Shown here piece by piece: positions 45,984 to 58,089 of a stretch of 64,000 nucleotides of DNA. A program made the position numbers and the translations under genes. Where the stretch lies: positions 62,186,001 to 62,250,000 of the forward strand of contig OZ076415.1 of the NCBI GenBank assembly GCA_964187785.1, given 5' to 3'. Each line of letters begins with the position of its first letter. Position 1 is the stretch's first letter. The notes under the pieces are model-generated. The model ran no database searches, was not told the origin of the DNA, and saw only the letters and a program-made list of their open reading frames with translations. Origin of the DNA: Amphiscolops sp. MND2022 (lineage: Eukaryota).

Positions 45984-48899
45984 AGCCGAATTTGCCTACC
46001 AATTTATTGGTTTCAACTTGTTTTTTCTAGCTTTGTTTGTGATTTGCTTGTTAATGATGTTTCCCGTTGGTTGTTTTCATAACAGGCGTTGCTAAGTAAC
46101 ATGCGACTGAGCCCCAGTTTCTTATTGTCCTTTTTTTGCTACATTTGATAGCCAGAAAACGAAGGTTGAAGATGTATGGAGCAGTTACATCTAACACAGT
46201 GATCGGGTTTTTCATCTTGGACGAATTTTCGTTTGCCTTTCTTTTAGGTTGTTTTTAACAAATTTTGTTCTTTTTCAAGCTGTTTGACTGAGTCACTGAG
46301 TTGACGAAACAGATTACAAGAAAAGCCAAAATTCCAAAGCAATCGAATGACTAGTTAGCCAGCTTGTTCCTGCTGCTCCGCGTTTCTTGGAAGCTGGCTT
46401 CGAATTCTTTTTGATGAAGTTTCTTTGTTGAAATTTGCATTTTCTGATGATACTCAATGTTTTCAATTCAAAAGTTTTCCCTGATGAACAGCCTAAAGTT
46501 TTGATCTTGTCGCTTTTTCTCTGACAAACGTTCCGGCGTGACGTAGAGATGAAGTTTTTTAGTCCTCCAGAAGCGGGTAGTTATTTGGGGAACCTTTCCG
46601 GGGACAGTAGACCGCACGTTAACAGTCTCTTGAATTTATTATTATTCGTCAGTTCAATTCCCTGCAGTTGGTTTTGAAGTCGGAATTTGGGTGTGCTGGA
46701 GTTGTTCAAAAAAGCGTCAACGGATACAAACGAAGGACAGTGGTATCTACGGACTCCTACTCCGATGAGAAGGTCGAAGACTTCTTGAATTCGGTTTGGC
46801 AAGAAAATGGAATGAATGATCCTTTAATGAATCTTTTAAAAACTGTCACTCAGCCGTCGGAGTAGTATCTCCTATAGGTTTTGTGGACCCATCCGTACCG
46901 AACTGTTTTTCTCATTCTTTACCGGAAATGCTCACAAGTTAGCTAATTTGAAATGGACTCTCGTGAAATATATATATGTGAAAACTGTAAATTTTTCTTG
47001 CAACTTCTTTTTGAATGCAGCCTTCAAAACAAAACAGGTTTTTGTCACCTGAAAAACGTCGATGTTTCAAAATTGAAAAGTTTTAACTTGAAAATACTGA
47101 AGAGGGAAGCTTCAGATTTTGAATTGGACTGAGTTCATAATAAATCAATTTAAAGCAACATAGAAAATGGAAAAGCAACGGTGAAGATTTTCTCGCAAAG
47201 TGGGGTCATCAGAAATTACTCATGTTATTTTCTGGGATTACTGCACCAGTGTTGAAACTAAGGCCAGGGACTGCTTTCATTTCTCCTCTGAGTGTTCTCT
47301 TTTCGTGTATCAATTTCTCCAAACAGAGATGTTAGAAAGTTGCTGAATTGATCCTCATGAATATGACCACAACAGCTGTCCTCGATTTCAAACTTCAGCC
47401 GAAACTATTCAATGAATTGAGGTTGAAGTGTGGTAGGACCTTGAGCACAAAGTCACTGCTGTAGAAAAATTGAGGTACATAAGGAATTGTTCTCTAGAAG
47501 GCATTTCCGCAAAACTTCTCGTAATTCCTGAAAACGATACACATCCTAATGGTAAATGATCACTTGCCTCAAAGTCATTTGGCCTGAGGTCACATGGCGT
47601 AATGCATTTGCCAACTGGGCTCAATTTACTTAAGCTAAACGACTTTGGCTGGAAATCACTATGTTAGGAAACTGTGGCAGAGTTTGTCGAAATTGTTCTT
47701 ATAACGTTGTCAGCTTCGTTCACATACCCCTCGTGCCCTAAATGCAGGAGCGAAGCGAAGCGGAGCGACGTGCCATAAGACCTTGCCCCAATGTTGCTAC
47801 TTGGCGAAAGGAGCGAAGCGACTGAACCATATAACAATTGAGCTGTACATTTCGTAACGTTTTCGTTTGCTGTTGTTGTTCTTTCTTTAACATTTCGTTG
47901 AAGACTGAATTCCGTTTTGGTCTTGATAGGTTGTTTTTAGCCATTGCTTGCGTTAGAAAGTCTTCGCCTAAATTTGTGGTCGTTTGGCTCAAAAGTTTCA
48001 AGCAAAATGACAAAACTAAAAAATTTGACCGAGTGACTTGTGACCACGACGTACCATATGGCCATGCCACGACGTTGTTACTTGGCGAAAAGAGCGAAGC
48101 GACCGAGTCATACAACAAAATTGCTAAGATCTTTTATATTCAAATCTCCTTTCTCAAACATTACCGCAAAAATTCAGTTCAGTTTTGGTCTTTAATAAGT
48201 TGATCTTTTTGCCAATACATGAATTAGATTGAACTCGGCTCAGTTTTGTAGTTAGTTGGCCTAATAACACTATGTCAAATGACTCAAGGTAAGAATTATG
48301 CCAAATGAATTTAACCAAGTGACTTGTAACAATCCTCATTACATGTCGTCATCATGTGCAGGGATTACGAATAAGTTTTTGCAATAATTGAAGAAACGTT
48401 AATTGATTTATTTTTCAGTCTGTTTTCAGTTAATGAATTGATACGCACCGTAAAATGGCCTGATTGGTTCTTGATTTTCAAGGTCCAAAACGTTAAAATG
48501 CTTCCAGGGTATTTGCTAAAATAATTTTCACTGCACTGGGAGAAACGTAGGGAAAGTCAGTGCAAAACCGAACAGATGAAAAAAATGAACCAGTTGGTCA
48601 TCTTTGTACTACAAATTGAAAAGTCTAACACCTAGTATATTAGCTTGAAAAAGTGAGCACGCAACTTTGTTCAACCCATCGTTCGGTATCATCAGCCAAA
48701 AACTGGAAAACAGTTTTGGTTGTTTGTGATAACTAAGTTGGTAAAGCTTTCAGTGAACCGAACAAACCAATGATTGGATGTGCCTCCCACCATTCATCAC
48801 CAGCAGTGAATGATTACATAGGTGAGAAAAAGGAATCATTCAAAAATCAACACCTTTATGGCAAAACTTTGGGGTCTCAATTTACCTTACAGCCAACAA

Positions 48900-49745
48900 A
48901 GATGGCTTTGCCTAACCCGGTTATCGAAAAACTAAAGGTTCGCGCTTGCTTAAGTTCACAAACCGCCGGAGCATTGAACCGCACAAGATTCTGTTGAGTA
49001 AATTGAACTTGACGAACATCTTCTCAACGAATATTGAACGCCCCACACGTTGTTTCAAATTAATTAGGAATTTGGAAGAACTATCGGCTTTTCCTTTCCC
49101 TATGAAGCTTGGTAATGTGTCTGCATTCGATAGCCTTCCTAAAGATATTTTGTTTAACAGTATCTTTGCTTCGACATTTTCACCCAAACAGCCAAAAAAA
49201 CTTGGTATAAATGGTCGAACGCTACCGAAAGTGAAGGACATAGTCCCCAGAACACATGATCTTAAGAAAATATTGCATGAATGTGATGATTCCCGCTCGA
49301 TTGATTTGTTAACTTACCTTACCCTCTTTCATCTTACACCAGTGTTCCTCTCAACTAGCCTCGACCGATCCAGAACATTTTGTTCGGTTTATTGGCTCTA
49401 AAACTTGGGCCCTATGTTGGAAAACATCCTACATTTCCCTACTGCACATATCTGACTTCATCAACGACAAATTCAATTACAGGCCTATTAGCTTACTCGC
49501 TAAAAGTAGTCTTTTTCTGGAAAAGTTGATTTTTTACTATGTCTTTCCTATTATCAGCCCTGTTATAAAGCGTCAGCAGTTTGGTTATTTGAAACAGCGT
49601 GACACCGTAACCCAACTTATCTCCTATCTTGATGAGTTTTACAGCATCTTTATTGCCAAGACTTCCTTATTGTCAGTTTATTTTGATGTTAAAGAGACCT
49701 TCGATTCTGTTCCGCGTTATTTTCTACTTAGCGAACCTAATGACT
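48900..49745 (+). pseudogene. CR1-group LINE fragment (linker and RT N-terminal part)
   Basis: NYRPISLLAKSSLFLEKLIF...QQFGYLKQRDTVTQL...VYFDVKETFDSVP. Confidence 0.8.
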
Positions 49746-51479
49746 TTGCATGCATTTCCAATTAATTGCGACTTTGATGCATGCCATCAATTTCAATTAG
49801 CAATTATCAAAAACACCGAGGGCAATTTGCAATAGTGCGACATTTTGGGCAATTTTGCAAATTCCCAAAGTTCTTCCTCAAAAGTTGCAATCTTCTTGAA
49901 TTACAACGAAAATCGTTTTTACATTTATACATTCAATTTTTTTCTTTCAAAGCACTTTTTCACATTGAGTGTAATCTATGCTTTCTCTTTCTAGTTTTGT
50001 TTTTAGTACAAGATATCTCAGAAGCTGCTTTTTTACCAGATTTATTGTCACATTCTGATATTCTGATAGGTACTAAAAAGCAATTGCAATAGTATCTATT
50101 AACCAATAAAGTTGTGCTATTGCAATTAGCAATTCTTTCTTGCTCTTGCTGTTTCATTCATCGCATTTTGCAATTAATTACAGTCCCTGGTATCACAAGG
50201 CAGTGTTATGGGCTAGTTTGTTTTTATCATGTTTATTCCAGACGCCATTACTACTTTCATTGTGACGATTTGAAGGTATGGTCAACTGCGTCTATACAAT
50301 GCATTCACGCGCCATATAGATTTTTTATCATTTCGGCTGAGGTTAATTGGTCTATTTTTCATGCTTTTAAGTAGAAAATCCTGTTATTTGGATATGCAAT
50401 TAGGAAACCTCTGATTTTACACCAGCCTGGCCTCGAAGTGGTCTCTGAAAAAAACACAATTGGGCATTTATGTCAGTGCTAACCTTACCTAAAACAATCA
50501 TATTGAGTACCAGATTGCAAAATGCACAAACATATTAAAGTTCTTTCAAGCGCAACTTGCCGTTTGCGCTTACTGTTAGTCGAAAGCTAATGGTATACTG
50601 CAGTTCAACTGTACCGACATTACTATGTGCCTCAAGTACCTGGCACCCTAGCTTTGTGATTCTAAGCAGACTTGGATAGTTCCAGCAATTGTGTTTTCGG
50701 TGGTTTTTGAGAAACAGTTTTAAATTGAAAACAATTACGTTTCATCTTTAAAATCACTGAAACTGCTGCCAGTATGTTTCCAAGTAATTCACAGTAATGC
50801 ACGTGGACATGAGGCTCCTCTGGAAGATGGTAAATAGCAAATGCGAATGTAAAATTGAATTCTATGTCAACTCTTTGACACGCTCGTCGGAATTTCAACT
50901 GTTTCATTACCAGAGAAATAGAAAGTTCCACTCAGAACAGAGCTATTTTCCGTGTGGTCAACGTGCTGCTAAACTTTAAAGTGGTTCAAATTGACACCTT
51001 CATGAAAAAACTAAATGCCTTTTTGCAATCCATAATAGATTCTGATGACCCAAGTAATGATTGCAGTTTTCATTTGAAATGTTACTAAACTAATTGTCGT
51101 TGCCAAGCTAGTCCTATTGTTTTACAGTGTTTTTATTTGATTGATGTACTTCGTTTATCGGAATTGACCCTGGTAATAAAAATAATGATGAAAATTACAC
51201 CTGAGCACCTTGAATAACTATTGTTGAATGTTGACGAATATTAAGATTCGAAATCTGTTCTTCACTGTTTGACAGTTTGAGTTTTAGTTTTATAGTAGTG
51301 GTTTTGTACAAGTATTCCTCATTTTCGTTTGAAAAGTGAATAACAATGATGTACATTTGCCTGACTCTGGGTCTCTCAGTTATTGCAAAAAAGGTTGTTT
51401 ATTGGCCTAATTATTGTGATAAACTTGTTAAATAGTTTATGTGAAAACTTGATATTGTTTCTCACAAGAAGTGCACTGA

Positions 51480-54400
51480 TCTACTCCTCCAACAGTGATG
51501 GATCATTTCCACTGGGTGAATAATGTGCTGTGGATCATGGACTCTGTTCTGTATGTTATGGATTGCAACAGACGAGGGATTCGGTTCAATATGAAAAATG
51601 TTCTGACTGGCTTCACTCTCAGTGTCAAAAAATACCAAAAATACCAAAATCAGCTCTTGATAACTGAAATGAAAATGTTAAACTAGATGATACTGAAAGA
51701 GGAATCGAAACAATTGTCGAAATTGTCATTGAAGCAAAGTTGCCCCATCATTAGGATTCCCCTTACTACGAAAGAACCAATAATACGAGATCGACATGTA
51801 CCTGAAACGACCATAACTGAGGACAAAAGATATCTTTTCAAAATCAGAATATCCGGAAATGAGTAAATGGATTCAAAGAAAGTTTTTCATAGATAGACAA
51901 CCGCATGATGAGTGCGATGTCGAAAATATTCTTGGTGATCTAACGTGCTCAGGAATTGTCATTGAAACTCAACGTCTTGGGAAATTTGATAAAAATAGAA
52001 GTCGGAACATACTTGTAACATTCGGATCTGTATGGGATGCTCGCAAAGTCATTGCGAAAGCCTTCGAGAAAAAATACTTCCCGAACAAAAAAGTTTTGAT
52101 CACCCCCGAACAGTCCACAAAGGATCCTTCACTGGAAGACAACTGTTAGCCAAACGTTACGAACTGATCAGGAATGGCATATATCGTAGTCGTCTGTGAA
52201 CAAAACTGGAACTGTACAAAGACGACAAACTCGTAGATGTGAACTGACTAGAAAAGTACGAGATTGTCTATCGAATCTTTCGTTTAAACTGCCGCAGTAT
52301 GTTTTCCGAGGAAAAAGACTTCACTTTTCTTGTATTCTCCAATCAAGGTTACCTGATATTCTCTGCCCTACTGAAACATGGTGGGACGATTTTTTTCCGA
52401 CAACACTTTTCTCACAGCTGCTTACGAAATTATAGCAAAAAACATACGTGAAACAAATCGACATGGAGGTGTGGCTATAATGGCAAGAAAAGTCCGGCTG
52501 CATCAAAAATAGACTGTTTAGATCCCACATTTTGCTGTGGAATATCATTTGATACTTGTGGATTTATTGTTTCATACAATCCTCCGAACCCGAGTGAGTA
52601 TCATGTTCCCCATGATTGTATTTCAGCCTACAATGCCCTCAGTATCGCCTCAATGGTAAAGTTTTAAATATGGGCGATTTCAACTTACCAAACGAGGTTT
52701 GGGCACATTTCCTAGCGATCAGTACAGAAACTGAAAAATTCCTCACAGCTGAAATTTTTACTTAACTCACGGAATCAATGACGGAACCAACTCACGAAGA
52801 TGAGTAGGATGGTAATGTTCTCGATCTGGTATTAACAAACTACGATGATTCCAAAATTTTAAATAATGAAAAACATTCAACTTTTCCTGATCATTTCAGC
52901 ATATCTGTGGGTATACCTAAAAACTCTGATTCGTTGGATACATGAGCTGACTTGAAGCAAAACAGTCTCGCAGGAACTAACAAAAATTCGATTGACCTAA
53001 CAATAGCCCAATCAGTATTTTCGTTCGAACTGGACCAAAATTCAGTGGACTTCATTGTGGATTGGCTGACCTCATTTTAAAACAATTAAAATCAGTTCCT
53101 AGCTAGCAAGCGGCAAAAACAAAAAATGTTGCTGGATTACTCAAGCTCTCACAGCTCATCTTTTCAACTGCCTGCAAACAGATTTAAAACAACTAAATGG
53201 CCTCAATTCGAAAAACTTTTTGAAGTACAATAATATCGATGAAGAACAGGAAAATTCTATCGAGTTGGACACAAATGCAAATCTCGACAACTTTTGTGCT
53301 ATAAATTGTGACGTAAACGGTTGCTACAAACTGATTTGAAAGCTCAAAGTTTCCGACATTCCGATGACAAAGATTGGTTCTTAAAAAACTTACTGGATGT
53401 TTCAAAGTTGCAAATGCATTCAATCAGTATTTTGGATCAGTATTCAATGCGTCTGAAAATAAATTCACAGGTTTTAGTGAAAATGTACTGAATGATGTAG
53501 AACTATCTACAGAAATTGCAAAAGAAGCTCTAGACTTATCAACTGTCAACGTTGGCCCTGATCATATTCTTAGTCAAATTTTACAAAAATGTTCAAACAG
53601 TCTCTCAATACATTCAACAACTTAGCAAAGGTTATCCTAGAAACTGGAGTGTATCTTACATCTTGGAAAAAACTACTACCTGACCTTGATTCAAAAGGAT
53701 TGAAGGAGGAAACAGCCAACTAGCGCCCAAATGCCTCTCTGTGCAAACTCTCACCAGCATTTGAAAGAATTCTTTTCAGGAGTATACCGAAGCATCTACA
53801 TGACAAACTATCCTCCCATCAATTTGGTTTTCAAAAATTGCGGTCATGTGTCATTTTTTTGTTGTCGTTTTTTTTATAAAATAGGCGATTGGATCGATTC
53901 CAAAGAAAAAGCGTTCGCAATCTAATTGGACATTTCTAACGCGTTTGATCGATTGATCGATTCCCACTTTCTATGCTACTGAAGAAGCTGCAATCACTGG
54001 GACCCAGGAGGGTCTTTACTCAATCTAATAGACTCTTATTTGCAAAACTGATTGCAACAAGAGTAAACTGGACACTGTCAATCAGAAGAGTGTCTTTTCA
54101 GTAGTGTTGTACACCAGGACTCAGTGTTTGGCCCCTTTTCTTCATCGCATTTATAAATGACCTGCATGAGAAATGCTTGTGTGTTCCATTTCTGTTCGCT
54201 GATGACCTCAAATTGGACAATTCTTCTCTGATTGAGCTTCAGAAGGATCAGATATCACTTATGTAGTGGAGCATAGAAAAACAAACACGACATTAAATTG
54301 AGAAGACGAAATTATTACACTTTAGCAAACCGAAGATTCAATGTGATTATCTTTTCCTGTACATGGAAGAAAAGGATATCTATCCTAAAACAAAAGGTAT

Positions 54401-54900
54401 ACGTGATCTTTGTTTTTGGGTCGCTCCAAATCAAACGTGGACTGATCATTTAAAAAAAATAACAGATTGTTATAAACTCCTAGCAATGTTACTTCGGAAC
54501 CTTCCTGAAATGTTGAACCCTGATATGGAATTCGAATGGAACCGCATTCACGTTTTACAGGCACTTGCACATGCTTCAGGTGTCTGGTATCCAAACAGAG
54601 CAAACTTGAAAAAATTAAATGGGCTGCAGCGGATCTGCTTCAAGAGAATTGACTATAGGAGTTCATTTCATCAAGTCCTTCTATCAAGCTCAGAAGCAAC
54701 TTCAGAAATACATTTGTGGCTGACAACACACGTTTGAAGTGCACACGGGAGTTTTTCTTAAATCGAATCATTAAACTGAGCTTTTTGTACATAATGATTA
54801 CAACATCAAACTGCCAAACCACCGTGTTGCAATTAAATCCGATCTAAGGACACTTTACTGGAAACACTACGAAACTAAATTTGAAGACAGCAGCTGTAAA
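51480..54900 (+). mobile_element. Decayed CR1-group LINE (PHD-finger ORF1, APE, RT)
   Basis: PHD-like CSVC...QYEKCSDWLHSQC (~51545-51625); ORF1 RLGKFDKNRSRNILVTF; APE PTETW, GGVAI, YNPP, GDFNLP, NVLDLVLT, PDH; RT QFGF, LDISNAFD, FINDL, FADDLK; many stops. Confidence 0.85.
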
Positions 54901-54976
54901 ACGTTTCTGAAATGAAGCTGTTGATAAAAACAATCTGTACATGTAAATATGAAACTTAAATAGGTTAATATTTGGT

Positions 54977-57900
54977 ATGATGACTGACAAAACTGGCAAC
55001 TTGAGGACGAATTCTGCATCAGGGGTGGGTGGTAAGGACTACTATTCACAAGTGGATGAGTTGGTTCATGCATCACAAAACGAATTCAAAGCTTTGGCAG
55101 GAAAATTAGGCAAGGACTGGCTGATGTGTCTACTGAAAGACACTGTGGATCATCTTGAAAAAAATAAGCCCTCGAGTACTTTGTTTGAATCAATAAACAC
55201 AAAAATTGATGAAGTTGTAGATGTTTTGGTGAACAAATTCGACAACATATCTCCCCATCCCGAAGCAACGTGCAAAATGACAACCATATGACTCCTTGGC
55301 TCTATGTTTAGAAAGCCACTAGAAGAAGGTGATCATGAAGTTATTGCTTGAAAATCTAGTGTTTTCTATAATGTAGTGGAAAACAATAATGACAATGAAG
55401 CGGTTTTGAACTTGATGACAACTTTAAAGATACCGCAGAGCTATGTTAAGCGTTCAACTCGACTCGGAAGGAAAAGCATTGCTATTGCTCCTCTTCCTCG
55501 TCCACGTCAAATTGAAGTTCTATTTGATTGTGAACATGACAAAAGACTCCTCGTGGCAAATTCATATTTAATAAAAAGCAGTCACATTTCTGTTGAATCC
55601 AAACTCAAGTGGTCTGATTGGCAGAAAAAAAGTCTTCACTGAATTTACGCTATGATCTTATCCAACATGGCTTTGATAGAAAACGATTCAGAAGTAGAGA
55701 TTCGAAACTGTTTTATTGTGGAGTTGGAACCAAAACTATAGATGCCTTTCAGACCATCGCTACCAATCTAAGAACAATATCTAATCCCCCTGAGGAAAAG
55801 CAAACAGATTGACGCATCAGTTCCAAATACTTTTTATTCAACACTCGTGGTCTTGACACCATCGCAAAGCAAGGAAGTTATTGGATGTTGTTGATGTCTA
55901 TAACTTGGATGTCCTACTAACAACTGAAACGTGGTAGTCTGAGATTATGAGCTGTTTTCTTATCCGCATGTTCCAAACTATTGCAAGAAGTGATAGACGA
56001 AATGATCCTCGTGGCGGTGTTGCTATTCTCAGCTGGTTAACAGGAAATATTCTTACAGAAGAAATTGATTCAGATGATTTTGATTTTGCAGCTGCAGCTG
56101 TTATTCAGCTTTCTGGTGATTCAGCTCTTTTAGTCATTTTGGTTTATCTACCGTACCCTAGTCCTTACGAAGTTTCCTTTGAAATTGGTACAAATGATAT
56201 TGGTGATCACTATCCAACAGTTCTCACATTCGTGAATGTTGCCCAGCCCAACGCTTCACGTATGGTAATCTCCTTCACGAGTTGCGGGGAGGTGAAATTT
56301 TTCGAAAAATTGTGGATTCACTCTACATTCGAGCCCTTTTCAAGTAGAGCAATTGTGGTTGATTTCTACAATTATCTTTGGTGTAGTATTGAAATAAAAC
56401 TCTTAGCCAACCCACATTTACTACACTCCAATACCATGCATACCCTCAACAAGTTGAACGCAGCGAAAAGAAAAACTGTTAAAAATTCTAGTAAAGCGAA
56501 CATTGAATCTGTCGAAAAGCTCCAAGTGGGGCTAGTAAATCAGCGGAATTGGACCGAATGTTATTCGTTGCTGGAGCTTCCACGAAAAGTTTGCCTGACT
56601 GTTTCAGTCTCTTGTAGAGCCCCAAGACAATTACATACCCAAATACATAATGACGACTGCTTGAAGACCGTACCTCGAATAGCAAATGCCTTTATTATTA
56701 ACTTTTCCAGCAATTTCAACCATGCAGAAACTCCAGCAATAGTTTATAACTCAGATGACTCAGTCAAACTTGATGATATTTTTCAATCCCTAAATCCCTC
56801 AATTATTCGTGAGAAGATTTTCGATATGAAAAAATCCCCGATAATGACAAATGATTTTCTCCCCCCAAAGGTTTTGAAACTCTGTCATGATGTTTTTGCA
56901 ACCCATCTTCATCCTGTTTTTTTCTCGATAATTTTATGATACGAACCATTTTTAAAGATGAGTAAAAAAAAATTCATTGGTAATTACGAAATTAGTCTCC
57001 AACCGAAATGCTCGCTGTTGTTTGAAAAGCTGGTGTACAAGCAGATTGATGACCACGTTTGAATGAATGTACACCCTAACCCAATAGGTTTTCAGTCACG
57101 AAAAAGTTCTGTTTTACAGTAAATAGACTACCAAAAATATGCACATAGAATGAAGACCTTGGATACCTATTATGTGTAAATTGATTATGAAAAGCAATTG
57201 ATTAGGTTCCTCACTCAATTCTTCTGAGTATACTCCGTAAGTGTGGTCTGGATGAAACTTTCATTGAACTACTATCAAGCTATCTGAAAGATCAGTCTCA
57301 GAATGTTCAAATTGATAACCATGTCTCTGATTCAGTCAACATTGCGAGTGGAGTTCCTCGAGGCTCCCTCCTGGGTCCACCTTTCTTTGTTTTATTCATA
57401 AATGATATGACTTTCTTTTCTTAGACTGCATACCATGACTATTTGCTGTTGACTTGAAGCTTCCATTCAACTCTTTTAATTTCCAGAATGATTTGGCAAT
57501 ATTATCAAACTGGATTGTCTCGAATGGTATGATAGCTAAGTCCAGCAAAACTAAGTGACTTCCCTTTGCTGGCAAACCAGTTGTTCTTCTAAACGCATCT
57601 GAGTCGTTGGAAAATGTAAAACTTCACGAAGATCTCGGCATTTATAACCAGCTATTTAAAGTGGCCTAGTCATAAAAAAATGCAGTTCAGCAAAGCTCGA
57701 AAGGTTTTTTTCTCCTTAGGTATCGAATTCGTTTAATACTCCCTCCAAAACGAAGATAAATTTATAGACTTCCAAGGTGTTATCCATTCTCCTTTGTGGA
57801 TTTGCATCCTGGCATCCTCATGTAACGAGGAAGAAAGAAATGCAAAGTTTTCAAAACTCCTGTCTCCGTTGTCTCTTTGGTTCTATCTTACAATATGGAC
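54977..57900 (+). mobile_element. Second decayed, internally deleted CR1-group LINE
   Basis: ORF1 remnant (TRLGRK...RPRQIEVLF); APE NTRGL, TETW, DPRGGVAI, VYLP, IGDHYP; RT SGVPRGSLLGPPFFVLFINDM, FAVDLK. Confidence 0.8.
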
Positions 57901-58089
57901 AGCAGTTGAAAAGCTGTTCAACCTAATTGTTGTGATGGATTTGTTGGCAATAAATGGCAGTAAATTGAACTTGAGACAACTGGACAACATCTTTGACGCT
58001 GTTTTGTTGGGTTGTCGCTGCACTTGTGCCGAAAGGACCATCACAACCCAATGAGATATTTCCATTTATTTTTCATTTTATCATTGCTC

